This document shows positions 1 to 7,800 of a DNA stretch of 64,000 bases, piece by piece (positions within the stretch are counted from its first letter, which is position 1; each line of letters starts with the position of its first letter). This DNA is from a virus (taxonomy: Duplodnaviria > Caudoviricetes). The position numbers and the translations under genes are program-made. The stretch lies in IMG/VR virus record IMGVR_UViG_3300033074_001257, positions 1-64,000 of that record. The stretch is one strand, 5' to 3'. The notes below the pieces were generated by a model. It ran no database searches. It had not been told where the DNA came from and saw only the letters and a list, made by a program, of their open reading frames with translations.

Positions 1-33
1 TTCACTAGCGATCGTGATTCACTAGCGATCGTG
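1..33. repeat. 17-bp tandem direct repeat (TTCACTAGCGATCGTGA x ~2), possibly truncated by the window edge
   Basis: 1-17 ttcactagcgatcgtga followed immediately by 18-33 ttcactagcgatcgtg. Confidence 0.8.
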
Positions 34-134
34 TGGCGCATAAAGTAAACTAGGTGACTGCCCCGGAGGTCACTATGCGCCACACGCCACCCAATCAACA
101 GATCATTGTCTACCTTTTGACACGAAGCCGTGAA

Positions 135-326
135 ATGTCAATCCCGCTGCACGACGTCGTGACCGAGTACATCACCAAGAACGACATTGAACCTGAAGAG
201 TTCATGCGAAATCTGACGGTCGATTTCATTGAGCGGCTCAAAAAGAGCTTCTTGGTGGACAACCCAACCCTGGTCAAAAAGACGAAGTCAAAAGTGTATG
301 AGGACATTGACGCGTTTTTCGTTTGA
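135..326 (+). CDS. gp33: Late transcription coactivator gp33-like
   Basis: LHDVVTEYITKNDIEPEEFMRNLTVDFIERLK resembles the gp33 core; sits in the T4 33-59-32 order. ATG at 135 chosen over the GTG at 54. Confidence 0.7.
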   Translation: MSIPLHDVVTEYITKNDIEPEEFMRNLTVDFIERLKKSFLVDNPTLVKKTKSKVYEDIDAFFV

Positions 327-350
327 CTTATAAAATTTTTGGAGTGAGCC

Positions 351-977
351 ATGAGCCAACTTCGCGATGAGGACTACCTCACCTGCTTTCGCCAATACGT
401 GGGACTGAAGCAGCACTTCGCCACCGACGTCGACTACCGCTATCGCATGAACGGCGGCAAAGGCCTGACACGCCTCACAGTCGAAACCTTAAACGCTCGA
501 AACGACCTCAAGTGGTTCATTGAGTTCACAAAGCGCCACCCGGACAAAAACGAACGCGAGCAGTTCCTGCTCACGGGCTTCATCGACGACAAAAACAAGT
601 GGATTGGTGACTTCTTTAGTCAAGATTTGATCTTGGTACACAAGAAGCGTATGCGCCAATACGAACACTTGAAAGAAACGGTCATGAAGGAACTCACGTC
701 CGTTCGCCTGTTCGTGGACACGCCGCTTTGTGAACTCATGCAACTGACCCAAGACGGTCGCCCAAAGTTAACGCAATACTGCACGCCCTCTTATGAGACG
801 CTCGCTGTCTTGTCGCTGCTGTACGGGCTTGAAACTCACCCACTATCTAATCCGCTGTGGAACAAAAAGCGCCACACCATCAAGAAGTACAGTTACATCA
901 TTGAAGATTGCAGCGAATCGCTTGAATCTTTGAAAAGTGAAATTCTGACGCTTGACAAAGAGCGCGATTCGCTGTAA
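351..977 (+). CDS. gp59: Helicase loader gp59
   Basis: FRQYVGLKQHF...DY N-terminal motif; ~208 aa; between gp33 and gp32. Confidence 0.8.
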   Translation: MSQLRDEDYLTCFRQYVGLKQHFATDVDYRYRMNGGKGLTRLTVETLNARNDLKWFIEFTKRHPDKNEREQFLLTGFIDDKNKWIGDFFSQDLILVHKKRMRQYEHLKETVMKELTSVRLFVDTPLCELMQLTQDGRPKLTQYCTPSYETLAVLSLLYGLETHPLSNPLWNKKRHTIKKYSYIIEDCSESLESLKSEILTLDKERDSL

Positions 978-1031
978 ATTAGCGATGTTGTTTACGCGAT
1001 CCAATGACTCACCTGTGTTTGGAGACACACC

Positions 1032-1928
1032 ATGTCAAAACTTGACGCATTCAAGGCAATGAAAGAAAAGTTTGCTTCTGGGCAAGCAACCAAGTCTGTC
1101 AAAGACGCTGTTCGCAAGGACACCTTCAAAGACGAACGCATGTGGCAATATGTGCCAAAAGATCGTGACACCGACGTCGGTCGTGCCAAGATTCGTTTCC
1201 TGCCCAGCCCCGACACCGAAAGCCCGTTTGTCACCTGGCGTGAATTTGGCTTCAAAGGCGAAGCTACCGGCAAGTGGTATTTTGAGCGTTCGTTGTCTAG
1301 CCTGAAAAAGACGGACCCTGTCGAAGAGTACAGCAAAGCACTGTACAAGGCCGGTAACAAAGCGCAAGCGGCAAAATACCGTTCACGCGAACAGTTCCTG
1401 TGCAACATCTACGTCATCGACGACCCCGTCAATCCCGAAAACAACGGCAAGGTCATGCTGTGGAAATTCGGTCGTTCGATCTACAACCTGATTGACAAAG
1501 CCATCAATCCGAAGTTCGAAGACGACCCGACCATCAACCCGTTCGATCTGTGGAACGGCGCCACGTTTGAGATCCGGACCTCAAAAGACACCAACCGGAT
1601 GCGCACTTACGACGACTCTCGCTTTGGTCCCATCGGTCCGCTGTTTGACGACGATGAAAAGCTGAAAGAGGTGTTTGAAAAATGCTACCCTCTGACGCCT
1701 GAGAACGACGAGAGCAAGTACAAACCGTTCAATGAGCTGAAAGACAAGTTCAACATGGTGATGGGCTTTGACGACGCGACCGGCAACCAGCCTGCCACTG
1801 CTGCTGAGCACCTCGCTGCCCGTGTGGCCCGCGGTCAACAGCAAGCGTCAGCCCAAGCACAAGCGCCCGCGCAAAACAGCATGGCTGCTGATGTGAGCGG
1901 CTATGAGGACCTGCTGGGAGACGACTGA
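1032..1928 (+). CDS. gp32: Single-stranded DNA-binding protein gp32
   Basis: DERMW, AKIRFLP, NIYVIDDP.NPENNGKVMLWKFG, NPFDLWNGATF motifs; acidic C-terminal tail. Confidence 0.95.
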   Translation: MSKLDAFKAMKEKFASGQATKSVKDAVRKDTFKDERMWQYVPKDRDTDVGRAKIRFLPSPDTESPFVTWREFGFKGEATGKWYFERSLSSLKKTDPVEEYSKALYKAGNKAQAAKYRSREQFLCNIYVIDDPVNPENNGKVMLWKFGRSIYNLIDKAINPKFEDDPTINPFDLWNGATFEIRTSKDTNRMRTYDDSRFGPIGPLFDDDEKLKEVFEKCYPLTPENDESKYKPFNELKDKFNMVMGFDDATGNQPATAAEHLAARVARGQQQASAQAQAPAQNSMAADVSGYEDLLGDD

Positions 1929-1943
1929 ACCTAGTTCGTGAAC

Positions 1944-1972
1944 AAATAGCCCCAACGCCTGGGGCTATTTTT
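1944..1972 (+). terminator. Rho-independent terminator after gp32
   Basis: AAATAGCCCCA-acgcc-TGGGGCTATTT hairpin followed by T tract. Confidence 0.8.
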
Positions 1973-1994
1973 ATGTCAATTTTTGAGGTGTGCC

Positions 1995-2423
1995 ATGAAA
2001 CTTGATGAGATTTTGCAGTTGATTTCTGAGGATTCGGTGATCAGTGAAGCTCACATCACCACCGAGTCCGCAAGAACGCCAAGGCTCCATGCAAAGTATT
2101 ACAGCATCTACATCGCCGAGCTTAAGGTTCTGAAGAGTATCGAACTACGCATGGACGAGCTGAAGCTAAAGGCGTTTGAATACTACAGCCATTTCAGCAG
2201 CGATGAAGTTTACCAAGCTCGACCGCTGCACCGCAAACCCCTTAAGAGCGAAATTGAGATGTACGTCTCAGCGGACCCTGACATCATCAAAATCCGCGGC
2301 GACTACGAACTACAAAAGATGAAAGTCAAGACGCTCGAAGATTTCATCAAGTCAATCTCGCAGCGTTCGTTCATCATCAAGAACATGATTGATTGGGAAA
2401 AGTACAAGAATGCTGCCTTGTGA
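1995..2423 (+). CDS. uvsY: Recombination mediator UvsY
   Basis: ES..TPRLHAKY, LK.EIEMYV.AD.DII, I.QRSF.IKN.IDW.KY motifs. Confidence 0.9.
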   Translation: MKLDEILQLISEDSVISEAHITTESARTPRLHAKYYSIYIAELKVLKSIELRMDELKLKAFEYYSHFSSDEVYQARPLHRKPLKSEIEMYVSADPDIIKIRGDYELQKMKVKTLEDFIKSISQRSFIIKNMIDWEKYKNAAL

Positions 2424-2480
2424 GTGTCAAGCGTGACACCTTGTGAGCGTTTAACTAAGGTTAAACACTTAGGTGATGAC

Positions 2481-2813
2481 ATGTCTAGTGTAGATCCAGT
2501 GACAGCTGCCCTCGTTTCGCACACTTATTACCTTGAAATCATGGTTGAGCGCCTAAGCGAACTCGACATGAGTTTTGAGGCGCTAGCTGCTTACGCGCGT
2601 GAAGTCATCACCATTATTATGCCTGAAGAGTGCCGATTTTCAATTGACTTCATGGTCGAGTTCACGGACCGCTTGTTGAGCGACAAGGGCGTGATTCACG
2701 ACTTGCTGGACGACATTGATTTTCTAACTCAAATGCGTGTTCGCGAGGTCTATGACCATTTCTTAGATCAGTGTATCGCCCAGTACGAGTATCAGCGAGG
2801 TTTAGTCAAGTGA
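2481..2813 (+). CDS. Hypothetical protein
   Basis: ORF with an SD-like taggtga; in the same operon. Confidence 0.55.
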   Translation: MSSVDPVTAALVSHTYYLEIMVERLSELDMSFEALAAYAREVITIIMPEECRFSIDFMVEFTDRLLSDKGVIHDLLDDIDFLTQMRVREVYDHFLDQCIAQYEYQRGLVK

Positions 2814-2974
2814 ATCAGTTTTGGTTGGCGGTTGTCATTTTTTCTTCATACTACCTGGGCGGCTTGATGGCTCGACACGGTCTAGAATTCAATTCTTACG
2901 TGATTGAGAATCGCTACCTGAGGCAGCGCATTGCGAATCTTGAATCCCAAATTAAGGAGAAGCGAAATGATTGA
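2810..2974 (+). CDS. Small membrane / coiled-coil protein
   Basis: GTG overlapping the upstream stop; hydrophobic FWLAVVIFSSYYLGGLMA then a charged coiled-coil tail. Confidence 0.5.
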   Translation: MNQFWLAVVIFSSYYLGGLMARHGLEFNSYVIENRYLRQRIANLESQIKEKRND

Positions 2975-3215
2975 TGCGGTTGACGTGTACGGTAAAGAGA
3001 ACTGCTCGCAGTGCAATACAGCAAAGCGCAAGCTACGGGCGAACGGGGTCCACTTCGTGTATCATGAGGTTGATGTCGAAACTGCCCAAAGCGTGGCAAA
3101 GCCGTACGGCGCCGCAGTGAAGCAGTTCCCGTTCTTTGTGGGCGGCGGCCGCCTGTGGTTGTACAGTGAGATTGATGCGATGATCTTGCACTACAGACGC
3201 CACAAGGAGAGCTAA
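2967..3215 (+). CDS. Glutaredoxin (NrdH/NrdC-like)
   Basis: VYGKENCSQC (CxxC) and QFPFF cis-Pro loop; SD aaggag. Confidence 0.85.
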   Translation: MIDAVDVYGKENCSQCNTAKRKLRANGVHFVYHEVDVETAQSVAKPYGAAVKQFPFFVGGGRLWLYSEIDAMILHYRRHKES

Positions 3216-3328
3216 GTGCCCGAATGATCGCATTCTCGCGCGTAGATCACACGTTGACGACACGATCGGTACAAAACCACCGCTGAAAGCTAGAAGTTAG
3301 CACAAGCGCCACACAGCGCCAAGATCAG

Positions 3329-3360
3329 AAAGCGACTCCATTTCAACGAGTCGCTTTTTT
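3329..3360 (+). terminator. Rho-independent terminator
   Basis: AAAGCGACTC...GAGTCGCTTT plus T tract. Confidence 0.8.
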
Positions 3361-3387
3361 ATTTGAATGAACTTTGCGCGACTCTGA

Positions 3388-3416
3388 TTGCGACTTACCG
3401 CAATTTGCGCTACAAT
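3388..3416 (+). promoter_or_regulatory. Sigma70-like (early) promoter upstream of the helicase
   Basis: TTGCGA-N17-TACAAT. Confidence 0.55.
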
Positions 3417-3442
3417 CGGTCATCAGAAAGTGAGATGCGAAA

Positions 3443-4699
3443 GTGAACGACTCTATTGAAACCCTCGACCAGTATTGCGAAGTCGCAAGCTACATTGACG
3501 ATCGCGTTCCTGTTACGGTGAACGGCGGCGCCGGCAGCGGCAAGTCCACCCTCATTAAGTGGATCAGAAACCGCTACGATAACGTGATTGTCGTTGCCCC
3601 AACCGGCATCGCTGCCATCAACGTCAGCGGCAAAACCATCCACAGCATGTTCAAGCTGCCGCCCAAGATGATTGAGAGCTACGACATAAAGCCGCAGTCA
3701 AAAGAAAAGCAAGCTGTTTTGAAAGCCGCTGAAGTCTTGATCATCGACGAAATATCAATGGTCAACCCGAACCTGCTTGATGCAATCAACCTATCGCTTC
3801 AGCTCAACCGACAAAAGCGATTGCCCTTTGGCGGGCTGGCTGTGGTACTGGTCGGTGACTTGTATCAACTGCCGCCCATTGACCCACAAGGCAAATTGGC
3901 GGAACGCTACGGTACGCCGTGGTTCTTCAGCTCAGACATCTTCAAAAAGATCAACCTAAAGACAGTTGAGCTCACAAAGATCTTTAGGCAGACGAACACA
4001 GAATTCGTCGATGCGCTGAACAGCATTCGCTTGGGTGTCGGTAAGGCAGCTGCGGTCAAATACATCAACGACCACGCCACCATCGCCAGCGACGCCATCC
4101 CCAATGAGGCAGTGATCATCAGCCCCTACAACCAAGTGGTTGACAACCTGAACGCTTATATGCTTGACGCCCTGCCCACGCCCCCCGTCACTTTCATTGC
4201 TAAAATTGAAGGCAAGTTCACCCAGTACCCAAACGACCCTGAGTTGACACTGAAGCAAGGCGCTCGTGTTATGTTTTGCAAGAACATGAGCTCGCTGGGC
4301 GTGGCAAACGGTTCAACGGGTGTGGTGACCGTGTGCAACCGCGATTTCTGTGAAGTCAAACTCGACAGCGGCATCACAGTCCGCGCGGTTCCTGAAACGT
4401 GGGAGGTTATCGACTACGGCACCGACAGCGAGGGCAACGTCACGATGACAGTCACTGCCAGCTATACCCAGATGCCGCTTCGCCTCGCGTATGCCATCAC
4501 GACGCATAGATCACAGGGCTTGACGCTTGAACGTGTTCACATTGAAATTGATCGCGGGTTCTTCGCATCAGGTCAAATGTACGTGGCTTTGTCGCGCGTG
4601 CGGGACATCGGTAAGCTGTCGCTGTCTCGACCCATTCGTGAAAGCGACATCATCATCGACAGCTACGTGACGGAGTTCTATGAGTCAAAGGTAGTGTGA
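3443..4699 (+). CDS. SF1B DNA helicase (Pif1/RecD-like)
   Basis: Walker A GGAGSGKS, APTGIAA, LIIDEISM, GDLYQLPP, AYAITTHRSQGLTL, YVALSR. Confidence 0.93.
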   Translation: MNDSIETLDQYCEVASYIDDRVPVTVNGGAGSGKSTLIKWIRNRYDNVIVVAPTGIAAINVSGKTIHSMFKLPPKMIESYDIKPQSKEKQAVLKAAEVLIIDEISMVNPNLLDAINLSLQLNRQKRLPFGGLAVVLVGDLYQLPPIDPQGKLAERYGTPWFFSSDIFKKINLKTVELTKIFRQTNTEFVDALNSIRLGVGKAAAVKYINDHATIASDAIPNEAVIISPYNQVVDNLNAYMLDALPTPPVTFIAKIEGKFTQYPNDPELTLKQGARVMFCKNMSSLGVANGSTGVVTVCNRDFCEVKLDSGITVRAVPETWEVIDYGTDSEGNVTMTVTASYTQMPLRLAYAITTHRSQGLTLERVHIEIDRGFFASGQMYVALSRVRDIGKLSLSRPIRESDIIIDSYVTEFYESKVV

Positions 4700-4719
4700 T
4701 TGCAGTGTGCTGTTGAAAT

Positions 4720-4745
4720 GCCGCCCTCAACTGGGCGGTTTTTTT
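4720..4745 (+). terminator. Rho-independent terminator
   Basis: GCCGCCC-tcaact-GGGCGGT plus T tract. Confidence 0.75.
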
Positions 4746-4807
4746 GTGAGCCTTTAATTACAGATTCAAGCGTGTCACGTTCGGAAAGAAGCTTCTTGGA
4801 GACCAAT

Positions 4808-7800
4808 ATGTTTGAACAACTAAATGAAAACTCGCTGTGGACAGACGGCGCGTCGTTGCAAGCGCACACAGTTGAAAGTGCCACCCAAGCGTTCTTTTTC
4901 AACTTTTTCGCATTTCTAAGCATGTACACCATCAGCAGCAACACCATCGTGATGCGAAACTATGTCGCAAGCGAGACGCACACGAAGCTGAGTGAAATTG
5001 ACGTCACCAACCACGACACCACCGCGTCAATCAAACTGGCTGCACACTTTAAAGTCATCACCGAACAGTCGGCACAGCGCCTGCTGCGTCTTGTGGCCAA
5101 GATCAAAGCGAAACAAATCACAAGCGATGATCTTCAAGATGAGATGATCAAGAAAGTTCTCACCGAACTGCACTACGGCACGCATCTGTCGTCCCAGCCT
5201 ATCTTGAAGTCTGCACTGGACGACTTCATGGACGGCAAAATCAACCTGCCGTTCGTGGCCTACTTCTTCTTCAAGCACTGGAAGAAGTTTGATAGCGTGA
5301 ACGCTGAAATCTCAGACATGTACAAGAAAGGTCACTTCTCAACCACCTACAGCGATTTCATGACCGGTCGCCGTAAGCTGAAGCGTGGCGTTCCGCGGCA
5401 CCTGATTAAGAACACCACTCCACTGACGGTTGTCTTTGAGAACGGCGTGGTCATTGACCCATCGGTGGTAGCGACAACGCAAGCGCAAGCGGCAGCCCCA
5501 GCTCCAGCGGCAGCGCCCGTGGCAGCCCCAGCGACCCAGCCCACTCAGAGTCCGGTGGCGGCGTTCCGTTCCAATTTGCAAGCGCAAACGGCAGCGCAAA
5601 CACAGGCGGCGGCGCAAACACAAGCACATCAAACACAAGCACAAGCGCATCAAACACAAGCGCAAGCACAAGCTCAAGCAGCAGCCCAAGCGGCAGCTCA
5701 AGTTCCCGCAACTGCGCCAGCACGGCCCGCCACCAGCACCGCCAACACTGTCAACACTGTCGTCGGCACAGCCAAGCTGAAATTTAGCGATCGAACTGCA
5801 GAACAGTGGCGCAAGTTCATTTGGGACGACACCAAGCTCATCCCCGAACACATTGAACAGATTGATGAGCGTGATCTTGGGCGTGTGGTGGCTGCCGTTT
5901 ACGAACTGCTGATTGATAGGTCAAGTCGCATTCAAGAAAAATACTACAAGGCAGTTTGGGCCCTGACGCTTGATGAGAAGTCGCGTGAAGCCGTGCGGCA
6001 CTGCATCGCTTATGATTATCTGAAAGCGATCCAGTACGTTCCAGATGAATACGAAGTCAAAGGTTCGCTGAGTGAGTCCATCCTCACAGCCGACGTCGCG
6101 ACATCAGCGAACATGATTGTGACGCTCGTCGCAGTCGACCCCAATCAAGCAAAGAGTGACGAACGTCGAAGAAAATTGCGCGTCATCGCCAATGCCGTGT
6201 TCCAAACCGATAGCCCAGACGTCTGGGATCGCTACCTGAACGCTTCTTATAGCTCCAAACAGCGCACGGCAGCACTCTACCTGAAAACACTCTCTGAAAA
6301 AGACGTCAAAGAGTCGCTGATGCGCAACTATATGGACTATTACAAATCGTCAGATACACTGAAGCAAGTCAGCAACCACTTCAAGGTTGATGTCTACAAC
6401 GGTGCCATTGAAGTGATCTACGATCAAAACTACTCAAGAGAACACAAAGACGAGTTCATGCTCGTCAACTACCTGGCGTCTTACTTCAACGTCGACGTCA
6501 TATTCAGACCAACGACAGTCGCCAACATTATCGTGGGCAATTTGACGGGCCAGCGCACTGCTGCCCAGTGGGCTAACCTGATTGTCAAGGACGGCGAATT
6601 TAGCCAGGCGCTGGTTGAGCGTGAAGTTGACGCGCAAGTGAGATACGAGATCATCAGCGTCGCATTCGACTACATGTTGACTCAGATCAAAGATGCTGAA
6701 GCGGTCGCCAAACTGCTTCGCAGTGCCGAAGGCTTGTTTGACATCACACTAGGTCGGTACGGTGAGCTCGTCGACAAGATGCTGAAGAAAGCAAGTAACG
6801 GTGAGGTTGAACTTGCAATCGACATCCCCTACCCCGACGGCGTGAAGTCTAACAAAAGTGTGGTTGACACAAATCGCGTGGTTCAACTGCTGTCTGTGAT
6901 GCCGCTGTCTAAATTGTTCGTGAAAGATTCACTTGAGTCGCTTCGCAAATTGCTGAAGCATATGAGTTATTATCCTCATTTTGATTTCGTGCTCGATGAA
7001 GATAAAATGGCGACTCAGGTCACGCTGTCGGTTGCTTCTGTGGGTATGCGATATGCGCTGGCTGCACTGAAGGAAAATCTCGAAAAAAATAACGCCCTGC
7101 CCAGCGACGCGGTGATAAACTTCGATGAGAGCGTCCCTGTCGTCGACTGCGGCAACATTGAAAATAGTGCAAACAAGTTCATTTATGATACCCTGGTGAA
7201 AGTGAAATCTGTAGGTCGGTTGAAATTTGTTCTGCGGTACAGAAACAGCCGGGCTTTCACCATCACCCCAGGACAGCGCACTGCCCCAGAATATGAGATT
7301 TGGCAGGGCAGCAAGATCAATCCAGACTTCACGCCCAGCTGCTCGTATGACGAGTCAAAGTTCGCCATCATTGAGGGTTGGCGTGAATTTAACCCACACA
7401 CCACTCACTTTGATCGCGTTAAGGTGGCGGGGAGTGAAGCACTCATCCGTTCATACTTTATCAATCATGGATTCAAGACAAACGTCACAGGTCAAGACTT
7501 CATGCTTCGGCACGCGATTGATGGCTTCGCGGACGTTCACAATCTGAACTTTGCTTCGCCTAAAGTGAGTTCGTCATACGACAAGGAGATCTTGAACTAT
7601 TTGGTTGATACGGCATACGATTACCTGCTCGATCAAATACTCAACAATAAGATCAGACACTACGTCTCTCACATGTCTCGGTGTGGGACCTCACTGAACC
7701 TCATTTTCAACAGCGAGAAGTTCAAAGAATGGGGAACCATCAAGAACATGTTCGCCGTGCCTGCGACCGATCAAGTCATGTACTACACTATCCTGGCACG

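Noticed and set aside
1-33. Possible CRISPR-like repeat at the window start
   Set aside because: Two adjacent 17-bp units with no spacer; a simple tandem repeat
978-1031. T4-like gp32 autoregulatory operator or pseudoknot
   Set aside because: The leader is short and lacks the long AT-rich unstructured tract
4700-4807. N-terminal extensions in the ORF track (also 32397, 37360, 47657, 54845, 58042, 61101)
   Set aside because: They run through terminators or upstream genes; downstream starts have better SD or homology support
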